Source: Octopus sinensis
Lineage: Eukaryota
DNA: 64,000 nucleotides
Assembly (NCBI RefSeq): GCF_006345805.1
Contig: NC_043000.1
Coordinates: 120,838,001-120,902,000, forward strand
Reading direction: 5' to 3'
Position numbers and translations under genes: made by a program. Shown here piece by piece: positions 41,703-53,355 of this stretch; positions within the stretch are counted from its first letter, which is position 1, and the number at the start of each line of letters is the position of its first letter. The notes under the pieces were generated by a model, which saw only the letters and a program-made list of their open reading frames with translations, did not search any database and was not told where the DNA came from.

Positions 41703-42685
41703 TTCGATTGTATCGACCCCAGTGCGTAACTGGTACTTATGTTATCGATCCCGAAAGGATGAAAGACAAATTCAACCTCGGCGGATTTTGTACTCAGAAT
41801 GTAAAGACGGACGAAATGCGACAGAAACATTTTGCCCGGTCTCCTAACGATTCATAATGAGAAGAAGAAATAAATGCTACTAACCAGTGTGTCCGGCGTG
41901 CTAAAGAGTCTGCCGGCTCGCTGCCTTGAATATTTGAAATACATCCTTTCTTCTACAGGCAGAATCCTTACAATTATATTTGGGGGGGATTGAGAGTAGC
42001 TAATCGATTATACCCCCAGTCCACAGCTATTACTTATTTTATTAATTTCCGAAGGATGAACGGCAAAGTCGTCCGCTGTAGTATTTGAACATAGATCGTA
42101 TAGCCAGAAGAAAATTGTCCAAATAGTGACAGAAAGAGCCATACAAAAGCGATGATGCTACAAAGGAATGAAATATTTTGAAGGAAGTTATAGAAAAGAG
42201 CAGTTGACAATGGATAAGAAAATATGAATGGAATATGAAAAAGCAAATAAGAAACACGTTTGAAAAGTGGGAAATGTATTGCTCTAAATAAAGCACAAAT
42301 CCAAAGATTCTGTGATTAAAAGATACGACTAATTTCACTGGTATGTTGTGCTATCGACTGACGAAGGCCGAAAATGATTCGGCGGAAGTTGAAATCAATA
42401 GATAAATGTTTGTAGTGAAATACTGCAAGATCGCATAGTGTATTATGGTGTAAGGATTTTGCTAATCACCATCTTCATATTTGAGTAACTTGTTCCTAAC
42501 ATATACATCAGACAGGAAATTTGGGACAGAAGTTTAGTCGATTAAATGTGGTCCAGTGTTTGACAATAATTGACCCTAGAGGCATCAAATACAAAGTTCA
42601 CCTCAATGGGATTTGAACTCAAAACGTAAAAGGTTGCAATAACTCTGCGACGCTCAAATAATACTGTCAATCTATCAGCCTTGAA
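41703..42685 (-). mobile_element. Cluster of degenerate SINE B copies
   Basis: B core motifs at about 41703-41853, 41943-42110 and 42490-42680. Confidence 0.7.
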
Positions 42686-44054
42686 TAAACAGAAAAATAA
42701 TCTGAGGAAACAAGAATGGGAAAAGAAAATAATGTATTAAAAAACAAACAGTTTTTTATGAAAGGGAGTGAATAAAATAGAAGATATCGGTGTAAAGGAG
42801 AGAATAGATGATAGACATAGAGAGACAGAAGGAGAGATGGGGCAGAGGGAGAATTGAAAGAGAAAGGAAGACGCTGGGAGATAGGAATACAAGGAAAAAT
42901 ATCTTAGGGTTAAAGAGAAGACGAATGAAAAAAATATAAAGTATGAAAATAAGAGATGAAGTAAGAAGCGATTGAGATGAGTTACTGCGAAAGAAAGTGA
43001 AAAAAAAAAAATGAAAATTGATATGAAATCAAGAAGGAGAGTAAGAGTGGAATAAATATTTGTATGAAAGAATTAGAGAAATATCGTATAAAAAGGTATT
43101 TTTAAAGAAGGAAAATAAAGAAAAAATTAGCTTGAAAAAAATTGATAAAAGAAGAAAAGTAAAAATTGTATGAAATAAAGAAAAAAAGAATGAAGAAATA
43201 TTTAGTTTGAACGGAAGGGAGGAAAAAACAAGAATAGAAGTTTTTATTAAAGGAAGATGGAATGTTAAGGAAGAAATAAATAACAAGAAGTTAATATGAA
43301 AGAATGGGAGAATGAAATAAAGAATAAGAATACGTTCAAAAGAAAGAGCTCATGAAAAAAATACAAGAATAACAAATGAAAGTAAATGAGCGAGAAAGGA
43401 AGAAAAATGGCGGTCAAAGAAAATATGGAAGGCAGAAGAAATAAAGAAACAAAGTGAGGAAGGCAGAGAGAGATGTGGGAGAGAGAAGCTGAGGTAGAAA
43501 TCGTTGAAAAAAGACGGAGAAAAGGAATAAAACCACAAGCATACATTCTTTCCCTGAGATACACGCACTCAGGAATGCCCATAAACAAATTCACACACAA
43601 TCGTACACACCTTTACCAATGTTCATTTACACACATACATACGCACATATCTGCACGCACACACACAGACACATACACACACACCATCTACTTTGAGAAA
43701 TTAGATAAAAAATTTGCTTAGAAAATGAGTGCAAATGTAAAATCAATTTGATGGTTCTCTAGCATTGTGACTAAGCTAGCATTAGATTAAACGGCATGAC
43801 TTTCTGCTGCTAAACCGATTAGGGTTATCGATCTTGCTTCGATTAGGCTAGTCAACTATGTAGAAAATTAGTCTTCTATTGAGCTACATCGATGATGGCG
43901 GTGATTGTGGTACTGATTGATTATTGTGGTGGTGTCAGCTATGTTGAAGATGTGTTTATTGTTGTTATTGATGGAGGCAGAGGTGGTCTATGGGGTGTTA
44001 AAAGGCGGGAGGGGATTAGTGTTGTCGAAGGCGGGGTGATATTCAGAGGTGTTT

Positions 44055-44287
44055 AAGGCGGCGAGCTGGCAGAACCGTTAGCACGCCGGGCGAAATGCGT
44101 AGCCGTATTTCGTCGGCCGTTACGTTCTGAGTTCAAATTCCGCCGAGTTCGACTTTGCCTTTCATCATTTCGGGGTCGATGAATTAAGAACCAGTTACGC
44201 ACTTGGAACGATGTAATCGACTTAATCCGTTTGTCTGTCCTTGTTTCTTTCCTCTGTGTTTAGTTCCTTGTGGGTAGTAAAGAAATA
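44055..44287 (+). mobile_element. SINE family B, full length, 17-bp TSD
   Basis: TSD GATATTCAGAGGTGTTT at 44038-44054 and 44288-44304. Confidence 0.93.
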
Positions 44288-44654
44288 GATATTCAGAGGT
44301 GTTTCACTGAGTGATTATTTCTTGAATTTGCAGGTGTCTTGTTGTTGCTATTGTCGGTATTGGACATATGGTAGGCTTACAATAGTCGTGATGATCATGT
44401 TCGTGGATGTGTTAGTAAAAATGTCGATGTTTTTCTTAGATCCAAGTAACCAATATTCAAGCATACATACGTGTAAAATTATGCCATCTATGACCATCTC
44501 GTGTTGTCTTGAAACGTAAAGTATCTAATACTGCATCTATAAGTTCAAACTGTTCCTTGATCTGGAGGTATTGATCTCTGAATTTTAAGGCAAGCGATAG
44601 TTAATCAAACTTGCAACAATGTACTACTTTCCGACTTAAGTTATTCCTACTGTT

Positions 44655-44877
44655 CTATATTTAAAAGATGAGGAATTGTGTACATAATTTACATTATTTA
44701 CATTTGACGGATATTTGTCATCTTGTTTGTTGTTAACACAACGTTTCGGCGGATACATCTTATCTATCTATATATTAATATTCAAGTCACTGCCTGGAAT
44801 CGAACACAGAATCTTGGGTTAGTAGCCTGCGCTCTTAACCACTACGCCATATGCCCGTGGGCATAATAATAATAATA

Positions 44878-44909
<32 letters not shown>

Positions 44910-45063
44910 AATAATAACATCGAAAAATACCTTAGGAATGAGAAAACAAGTTCGAATTTTTCCCCAAGATACCTGATGAATGCTGGAGGGTATATAAGCT
45001 GAAACGTTGTGTTAACAACAAACAAGATGAGGACAAATATCCGTCAAATGTCAATAATGTAAA
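44655..45063. mobile_element. Fold-back element with a tRNA-like head and hammerhead motif, flanked by a TSD-like direct repeat
   Basis: Inverted arms about 44685-44750 and 44999-45063. tRNA-like head on the minus strand at 44783-44856. TTAAGTTATTCCTA(C/T)TGTT at 44636-44654 and 45064-45082. Confidence 0.8.
44968..45013 (+). ncRNA. Minimal type I hammerhead ribozyme-like motif
   Basis: GATAC-CTGATGA-a-tGCT..AGCt-GAAAC-GTT-GTGTT. Stem II is partly decayed. Confidence 0.65.
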
Positions 45064-45399
45064 TTAAGTTATTCCTATTGTTAATGTCTCATAACAACTC
45101 GATAGACTATGTATCAGACTGATAAGCGTCTTAATAATGTGTATAGCTTCAAGGAAGGATGCACATAACATTCTTTGCTCAATTGGCGAAGACCCATGTT
45201 AATTTTGGTATGTCGAATAAATTTAAGCTATCATTAACCCATTATATAATTCTGATACTAAACATTAATCCTTGGCTAGGACTGAGGATAAACATAGCGC
45301 AGCAGAAAAAAAAACTGACCTTGTCCCGCTGGTTACTGTTGAGACTAGATTTTGTTCATTTGATAAACTCCAAGCTAACATTCGTCCACACTAAAAATA

Positions 45400-45603
45400 C
45401 TGATTTCAAAATTTGTATGGTGGGTAGGAGAGAGTAAGTCGATTGCATCGACGGCAGTGATTAGCTGATAATTATTTTATGGATCTAGAAAAGATGAACG
45501 GCAAAGTCGACCTCGGCAAAATTTGAATTCAATCCGTAAAGACGGACGAAACGCTGCACAGCATTTTACCCGTCGCGTTAAAGGTGTTGCTAGCTCGCAG
45601 CCT
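45400..45603 (-). mobile_element. Degenerate SINE B
   Basis: GGCAAAGTCGACCTCGGC..AGACGGACGAAA..GCTAGCTCGC. Confidence 0.7.
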
Positions 45604-45724
45604 CCATCCACTCGATGAAAAGAATAGATTTCGTTCGCTGTACAAAACTGAGGCTGGCTTTAGTGCATTGTTTAAAGCTAAGGCCACCATTGGTCAATTG
45701 ATTTAAGCTGAGTCTAGACTTCGT

Positions 45725-45821
45725 CGCTGGATGAACTTCAAGCTAACATTTACCCACTGGCTCAAGATTAAGCGCTGGATGAACTTCAAGCTAACATTTA
45801 CCCACTGGTTAAAGATTAAGC
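45725..45821. repeat. About 48-bp tandem duplication within a decayed minisatellite-like region
   Basis: CGCTGGATGAACTTCAAGCTAACATTTACCCACTGG..AAGATTAAG occurs twice. Confidence 0.85.
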
Positions 45822-47020
45822 TATACTTAGTTCGTTGGATAAGACTAAGGTAGATCTTAGCCCATACCCTACACTGATGCTCACATTTTCAATTCGATAA
45901 AGCTGATGCCAACTATTCTTCACTGGTGAAACCTGAGATTAACTTTTGTCCATAAGCTTGATTTTGATTCACCGATAAATTCGTGATTTCACTAATGCTT
46001 TGCTATATTCTACAGTTCCAACCTATGCCTCCTCTTTAACTTTACATGTATTCAAGCAAATTGAAGATCCAAAACAATATTGTGGTGAGGTAGAATCCTA
46101 CCTCGAAAGAATTTCTTAAATTATATTGACCATATCGAATTCCTTCAGTCGAAAATCAACAACTCTTTTACTTCAATCTTTCTCCAGGTTTCTTTCTATC
46201 AGAGTTCAGTCACCATTGTATTTCTAGCTTCACCACTGTTAATTTAATTAATCAATAAATCAACCAATCAATCTATTAGTTAATTAATTCTTTCTTTCAA
46301 ATCTCTCCTTTATGCTTTCAGCATTTCTCTATTTCTTTCTGCTTCTCTTTGACTCCTTCTCCTTGACGTTTCTCACGTGTGATTTTTGTTGCTGAGGTTA
46401 TAGTTGTTGTTGCTTTTCTTCTTCTTCTTCTCCTTCTTCTTCTTCTTCTTCTTCTTCTTCTTCTTCTTCTTCTTCTTCTTCTCTTCTTCTTCTCTTCTTC
46501 TTCTCTTCTTCTTCATCTTCTTATTTTTATATTTCTTGCTTCTTTATTTTTCCCTGTTGCTATTGATCTTTCGGCCAGTTCATTACCTACTCTCTCCATT
46601 TCTCAATTTCTCCTCCTACCTTAGCACTCCTCCTTACAAACAAGTTATTTTTTGTTTTTCTGTGCTTTTGCTCTGTATATTTCTCTTGGTATTTCAGAGG
46701 AGCACACACACATATACACACACACACAAACACGCAAACACTCCCCTCACGCACAAACACATACTCTCACACATACGTGCATATTCTCACACACACAGAC
46801 ACACACGCAAAATACACGGGCGGACAGACACGCATACACACACTTATATATACGTAAAGATACACGCATACAGATGCACACACACACAATTTGCATTCCA
46901 ATAAACATGTATGTTTCGGATTCGATTCTAATTTCTTCCTCCATCTTGTTTTATCATTACATTTCTGCTCAATGTCTGAAATATTTCTTTCGTATCAATT
47001 TCTTTACCAATTGCTACATC

Positions 47021-47385
47021 CGCCAACCAACCAACCAACCAACCAGCCAACCAACCAACCAACATACCTACCTACCTACCTACCTACCTACCTACCTACG
47101 TGCCTACATACCTACCTACCTACATACCTACCTACTTACCTACCTACCTACCTACCTACCTGCCTGCCTACATACCTAACTACATACCTACCTACCTACT
47201 TACTCACCTAAATATTTACCTACCTACCTACCTACCTACCTACCTACCTACCTACCTACCTACCTACCTACCTGCCTACATACCTACCTACCTACCTACT
47301 TACCTACCTACTTACCTACCTACCTACCTACTTACCTACCTACCTATCTACCTACCTATCTACTTTCCTACATACCTACCTACCA
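47021..47385. repeat. (CCAA)n/(CCTA)n microsatellite
   Basis: Read directly from the sequence. Confidence 0.95.
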
Positions 47386-48153
47386 ACACACCTATGTTTT
47401 TATGAATCTTTGCGCCTGTGTGGTGTCACTCTCTCAATGTATAATGTATATATGCAGAGAGTTAAATATACAGTATGGCTATTTAAAACTGTCAAATGTA
47501 ATATACGTGTTTGCAGATGTATGTATACACATGTATATATATGAATATGTATACACACACACGCACACACAGATACACACACACACGCACACAGACACAC
47601 AGACACACATACACATACACACACGCACACGCACGCACACATATATATATATATATACCAATGCTTCTTTTTATGATGTAATGAAATCAATTTCACATAG
47701 GCTGGACAATGCTTCGAAGTCACTCTAAACACTATTATTATTACAAATTTTATATATGTATATATATATATAGTTTTTAGTAATGCTTATTATCTACCTT
47801 GACTCACATCTCTTTCCATAAGGACAAATATGAATCACCTACATTCAATTCTTCTGATATTTCCTTTCTCATGTTATTTTAAATTTTGTTTATACTTCCT
47901 GCACTGAAGAATACATTGATATGTATAATTAATTAATTTATTTATTTATTCAATTTAATCTAATTCAATTCAATCATGGACTTGCATGATTTTTTTTTAT
48001 ATCGCTGTACAAGACGATCGTCTGCATGAATTAAAATTCTCTTATATATTTTAACAACTTGTTTTCTCTCTTTTTAACTAAATTGATGTGTTTTGTGGGA
48101 TTTCTTCACATAGATTCACCATGCATCACATATATGCATACATATATATATAT

Positions 48154-48197
<44 letters not shown>

Positions 48198-48345
48198 AAA
48201 AGCAATAAAGATTCAAGTTAATTTTAAATGAATTTACTTGAATATGGTACCTAACTTAGATGCACCAAATAAAAATATACTGTTTTAACAATACAGTAAT
48301 GTGGGGTGATTATAAGCGAGAAAGAAGCAACAAGAATGGATAGGT

Positions 48346-48436
48346 TTTTAGTACAATCGTTTCATACAAGGACAGGCTTTATTAAAAGTTGTAAAAATTA
48401 CAGCATATAAATGTGTCCCGTACTCATCAGCTAAAA
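48346..48436 (-). ncRNA. Type I hammerhead ribozyme (inverted copy)
   Basis: Reverse complement of 50161-50251. Confidence 0.8.
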
Positions 48437-48446
48437 TACATGTGGT

Positions 48447-48689
48447 ACCACCACACTTTCAAACAAAATCTGGGAACTCAAAAATAATAATAAAAATTAT
48501 AACCTTAATTGGGAAATAGTTAGGAGAGCAATTCCGTATAAAAATAGTAGGGTTGGTTGCCAACTATGCTCCATGGAGACGTATGAAATTCTAAAGCATA
48601 GAAAACATAGAAACTTACTGAATAACCATATCGAACTAGGTCAAGTTTGTGTCCACGCTAAATTGAAGACTTTAAAATATTTTAAATGA
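48447..48689 (+). pseudogene. C-terminal fragment of a PLE GIY-YIG endonuclease (frameshifted)
   Basis: TTLSNKIWELKNNNKNYNLNWEIVRRAIPY, frameshift, then CQLCSMETYEILKH..LLNNHIELGQVCVH..FK*. The CxxC...LLN...CxH pattern resembles Naiad-type EN ends. Confidence 0.72.
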
Positions 48690-50160
48690 TTAGAATATTC
48701 GTAACTAGATAGATAGATATAACTTGATTTCTACTAGTATAGCACTGCTTTAAGTAGATAACTAAGAGTTCTCACACTACAGTTATCTTTTTCCTTATAT
48801 CTGCATCAGTTTTTTGAGAACAGGGAAATGAATAGTACTTATATGCTGCTTAATTGAGGCCTTATTTAATTTCAAACTCATAATTTTTAAATTCTTAATT
48901 TTAAATCTTAATTGTAATTTTTAATTTTAATTCCTAACTTAATCTAATTTAAGTAGCATAACTCTAATAAAATAAAATGAGTTACTATAGCCCCATAATT
49001 CTATTTCAAAATTAAATAAATAAGGCTACCCCCTCGGTGATAATATGATTATCTTCATTATGATAGACAATCCCCTAACACCTTGTAAATGATCTTCTAA
49101 GATTTGACCTGTAGTCCGTCAATGTATGAATAATAACTCCTTAAGACAATAAAATGAATAAATTAAATAAGTAAATCTTAATGACTTTTTGATAGGATTA
49201 TACTTAGATTTTCCTAATGTATTTTCTTTTGATTTTAGCATCTGACCCCTAAACCCCTGACTGTGTTATCTCTTTAGATTCTCTTTAAATTCATAGCTGA
49301 TTTCAACAGCAATAAATTAGCTGTTTTACTGGTCAAAGAATAATATTCTCCTCTAGTTCCTAGATGCCTGTAAATTAAAACCAGACTTGCCGTCTACTGA
49401 TTCTTCTGTATAACTAGAACCCTCTTTTTTTCTTTTCCTTTTCCTTTCTTTTTTCTTTTTCCCTTCTTTCCCTATTTCTTTCTCTTTTCTCTTTTTTCTT
49501 TTTCTTCTTATTCTCTTTTTTCTTTTTCTCTTCTCTTTTAGTCCCCTTCCCCCCCTTTTTTGCTCCCTCCTCCTTTATTTTCTCTCTTTTCTTCTATTCC
49601 CTTCCTTTTCTATTCTTTGCCTCTCTAGAAAGCCCTTCAGCCTTAAAAGTTAAATAGCTACAGCCTCTTGTAAATAGCAGTAATATGATTAATGTGGCAA
49701 ATACCTAATCATATAACAAGAATTGATACCTACCTCATTGTGTTCAACCATTGATAAATTTATCGCCTGTGAATATGAAATTCCTCTTCATTTCTCTGGA
49801 AATTTACATCTACACCATTGGAAATTGTGCATCTATACAAAGGATTAATTCACCCTCTCTGTAATGCTAATAAGCAGGAATTGAGACCCACCTCGTTGTG
49901 ATTAACAATGGATAAATTTGTCTTCTGTGAGTATGTAATCCCTCATCATATCTCTGGAAATTCATATGTGCACTATGGATTAGGTCACCTTCTCTGGGTT
50001 GCTATTAGAGCTTTTTTAAAATTCTGTGATAAGACTGTACATCATCTTTAAAGAACTTTAATGAACTTTGGATATCTGTATATGTTTATGTTACTTAATT
50101 ATCTTCATTACTTCATGAGTATAGCCTTAACCACTAGGATGTCTAGAGAACTCACATGTA

Positions 50161-50251
50161 TTTTAGCTGATGAGTACGGGACACATTTATATGCTGTAAT
50201 TTTTACAACTTTTAATAAAGCCTGTCCTTGTATGAAACGATTGTACTAAAA
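50161..50251 (+). ncRNA. Type I hammerhead ribozyme with an enlarged stem-loop II
   Basis: TTTTAG-CTGATGA-GTACGGGACA..TGTCCTTGTAT-GAAAC-GATT-GTA-CTAAAA. Intact core, 6-bp stem I, GUA cleavage triplet. Confidence 0.82.
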
Positions 50252-50280
50252 ACCTATCCATTCTTGTTGCTTCTTTCTCG

Positions 50281-50336
<56 letters not shown>

Positions 50337-50339
<3 letters not shown>

Positions 50340-51068
50340 CTAGATTTAGCTCAAAGCTGCGGCCATGCTGATGCACCGCCGTTTTGTGCTACACTGTTAT
50401 TGCGACGAACCTCGTCTAATATGTGGCACTTGGTGAAGACTGGAGTTTGATACAGCTACTCTCATTTGCACCTCTTGCCGTGAGGTAGGTTCATCTGGGA
50501 CTCTTGACAGGAAGATATCCAGCTTTGATGTAAAAACCGCTACATCTACTTTGTGCAAGTTCCTCAGACTCTTTGGGAGAATATTAAAAAGCTGTGGGCC
50601 CTTGAAACCCCGGCTGTTGCAGAAGCTGGTCCTGAAGCGTGATGGCATTGCTGGGATCTTTGGCACTATGCAGTGTCGTCCCGTTCTAGCATTGGTGTAG
50701 CTCACAATGTCAAACTTTGGCACAATTCCTTCCAGGATCTTCCAGACATATATTACTGCATACCTCTCCCGTCTTCTCTCGAGGGAGTAGAGTCTTAGCT
50801 GTTTCAACCTTTCCCAGTAGCTGAGCTGTTGCAAAGAGACGATCTTCTTTGTGAATCTTCTCTGGATTGCTTCAAGGTCCGCTGTTAATTTTACACTGGT
50901 GGGTGACCATAGCTGTGAGCAGTAATCCAGGCGACTGAGGAGGCATGTCCGCCAGAGGACCATCATGGTTTCCTTATCACTGGTTCTGAATGTTCTTAGG
51001 ATCCACCCAGCCAGTCGTCTGCACTTTGTCGCAATCCTGGTAATGTGCACTTGGAAAGGGGTATCATC
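50337..51068 (-). mobile_element. 5'-truncated CR1-like LINE with 3' UTR
   Basis: ORF 50397-51050, a short UTR GGCGGTGCATCAGCATGGCCGCAGC, then (TA)n. Confidence 0.88.
50397..51050 (-). CDS. C-terminal part of a CR1-like LINE ORF2 (post-RT region)
   Basis: SRLDYCSQLWSP..LEAIQRRFTKKI..LSYWERLKQLRLYSLERRRERY..GPQLFNILP..LDIFLSRVPDEP. Confidence 0.9.
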   Translation of the reverse strand: MHITRIATKCRRLAGWILRTFRTSDKETMMVLWRTCLLSRLDYCSQLWSPTSVKLTADLEAIQRRFTKKIVSLQQLSYWERLKQLRLYSLERRRERYAVIYVWKILEGIVPKFDIVSYTNARTGRHCIVPKIPAMPSRFRTSFCNSRGFKGPQLFNILPKSLRNLHKVDVAVFTSKLDIFLSRVPDEPTSRQEVQMRVAVSNSSLHQVPHIRRGSSQ

Positions 51069-51077
51069 ACTGGAAAG

Positions 51078-51108
<31 letters not shown>

Positions 51109-51109
51109 A

Positions 51110-51172
<63 letters not shown>

Positions 51173-51181
51173 TATATAATC

Positions 51182-51805
51182 AAAATAAGCAACAATGATA
51201 TCCAGAGGTAATACTGTACGATCGTTTCATGCGACTCCATTTAATTGAACAATGCAATCATTTCATTACATCAATTTAAAATGTAGAGCAATCTTCAGCT
51301 GCACAAAGGCATAGAATTTAATGAAATTAGAAGAACACATTAGTATAATCTTACATAAAATCTCAAAGAGGAAAAGGAGAGAGACAAAGAACATGTTTTA
51401 CCAACATCACAGTTGTAACTCAAGTTACAACTGTGATGTTGTTGGTAAAACTCGGTTACATGAAAGATATGTAACAGAGTTGGAACTGTGATGTTGTTGG
51501 TAAAACATGTTCTTTGTTTCTCTCCTTTTCTTTTTGGAGATTTTCGGTAAAATTATACTAATGTGTCCTAATTTAATTAAATTCTATGTCTTTGTGCAGC
51601 TGAAGATTGCTCTACATTTTAAATTGATTTAATGAAATGATTGCATTGTTCAATTAAGTGGAGTCGCGTGAAATGATCGTACAAAATTACCTCTGGATAT
51701 CCTGGTAACTTATTTTAAATTCAATCACCTAATTTGGAAATTGCATGGATAATACCGTACTAAATTCTGGTGCCACGACTTAAGTACCATATCTAAATTT
51801 TTTAC
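51182..51805. mobile_element. Fold-back pLTR-like element with a hammerhead-like motif in each arm
   Basis: Inverted arms about 51182-51420 and 51485-51717. Core CTGAAGA..long stem II..GAAA(C/T)GATCGTA at about 51595-51685 (+) and 51213-51305 (-). Confidence 0.75.
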
Positions 51806-51827
51806 TGATGTCATCTACCATAGCTAG

Positions 51828-51893
<66 letters not shown>

Positions 51894-51901
51894 TATATAT
51901 A

Positions 51902-53088
51902 CTAGCATTAAAGACCCGTCGTTGCCGGGTCATAGTGCTAGTGCATGTATATATGTGTATATATATATGTGTACATATTACATGTATATCTATATATATA
52001 TATACATCTACACATGAAATACAAAATACAAAGTTATATCTTGATATCGCTAGTGATAACAATACTCAAAATATATAACAGACTGGAATTGTTAGCCCGT
52101 CTCTTGTAATTTCCATCAATTGTATCTTGTCCTTCCTCTTGTATAGAAGTGTGGCTACAATCCAGCCTACCTCTACTTCTGGGGTGAGGGTGGGGGGCAT
52201 TTAAAATATTTTTCCGGGACGTCCTACGTCCCAGATATAGAGGTAAAAATAAAATATTTCCACTTTGCAAGTTCGAGACGAGTAGTCCCTTGCACGCTCC
52301 GTTGACTCGAACCTTGCTTCTATTGTGGCGAATTTACCGCCTCTGATTAGATATCTTTCATAGTCGCACCAAGACACTTTTCGAAGGTGCTATCCTCCAT
52401 GTGTTCAAATCTTTTTTCTCTACATTGTATACTTTATAGACAATAGTCTTTTCTTTAATTTAATTTTTTATTATCCATCTGGACTATTCCATTTCTGCAC
52501 GCTAATTTTATTTTTAATTTATTCCCATTCATGTGAAACCACTTATTCAAGTTCAAGTCAATGATGCAATTTATACCAATTGCTATTTCTACTTTTGTTA
52601 TGTTACGATTATATTACACTTTAGTTTGATTTTAATTATTACTTACTACATATAATTTAATTGTTATTATTATTTGTATTGTTAAAGTGAAAGTATCTGA
52701 CATAAAATAGAGAAATGTTTTTGTTTCGCATTTAACACGTAATACTGAAATACTGGAGAAGATATGATATTGCTATGGGCTCGCTCTAGGCAAGAAGTTG
52801 AATATTTTTTTGCCCATGAAACTACATGGACCCTAAGTTAGGCATGTGTAAAATTTGAATGAAATTGGTTGTGTAGTTCTCAAGCTTTAGGGAATCGTAG
52901 TGGAGAAGATATGATATTGCTATGGGCTCGCTCTAGGCAAGAAGTTGAATATTTTTTTGCCCATGAAACTACATGGACCCTAAGTTAGGCATGTGTAAAA
53001 TTTGAATGAAATTGGTTGTGTAGTTCTCAAGTTTTAGGGAAACACACAGACAGACAGACACACATTCTCAGTTTTATTTATATAAAGA
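51902..53088 (-). mobile_element. Helitron-like element (about 1.2 kb) with a 147-bp internal tandem duplication
   Basis: Minus-strand 5' end A|TCTTTATATAAATAAAACTGAGAATGTGTGTCTGTC. 3' GACCCG..CGGGTC hairpin then CTAG|T. Duplicated unit at 52754-52894 and 52901-53041. Confidence 0.65.
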
Positions 53089-53094
53089 TATATA

Positions 53095-53278
53095 TAGGGA
53101 GAATTTACGAAAAGAACAAAAGACGAAGACAGGTGGTGTACAAAACAAACAAATGTATTAGTATAACGCTCAGGAATGAAAAAGGTATTTTACGTTTCGA
53201 GCCTACGCTCTTCTACAGAAAGGGACACAGTAAAAAACAAGGAGAGAAACAAGGATAGAAAAAATGTGTGTAGTGGCT
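53095..53278 (-). mobile_element. Short repeat family E
   Basis: Homologous to 8855-9025 and 54598-54775. Confidence 0.75.
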
Positions 53279-53308
53279 ATATATATACACACACATACAT
53301 ATATATGT

Positions 53309-53355
<47 letters not shown>

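Larger units (their letters stand above)
48195..50286 (+). mobile_element. Penelope-like element (Naiad-like): inverted pLTR piece, EN C-terminus, long 3' region ending in a hammerhead
   Basis: A 134-bp inverted repeat (48311-48444 / 50153-50286) that appears perfect by eye brackets the EN fragment and UTR. Confidence 0.8.

Noticed and set aside
42700-43530. Long purine-rich tract with F/L/S-rich antisense ORFs
   Set aside because: Low-complexity decayed (GA/GAA) sequence. The apparent membrane-protein composition is an artefact.
44783-44856. tRNA gene (also considered for the other SINE heads)
   Set aside because: A and B boxes are present, but the acceptor stem does not pair fully and the sequence runs into repeat bodies. 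Treated as SINE heads.
45250-45960. Recurrent AAGCTAACATT/ACTGAGG motifs as a CRISPR-like array
   Set aside because: Irregular and degenerate, in a eukaryotic context with no cas genes. Better explained as a decayed minisatellite.
48447-50150. Selenocysteine recoding or SECIS, as reported for some Naiad elements
   Set aside because: No in-frame TGA at a conserved Cys position in the visible fragment, and no SECIS could be identified by eye.
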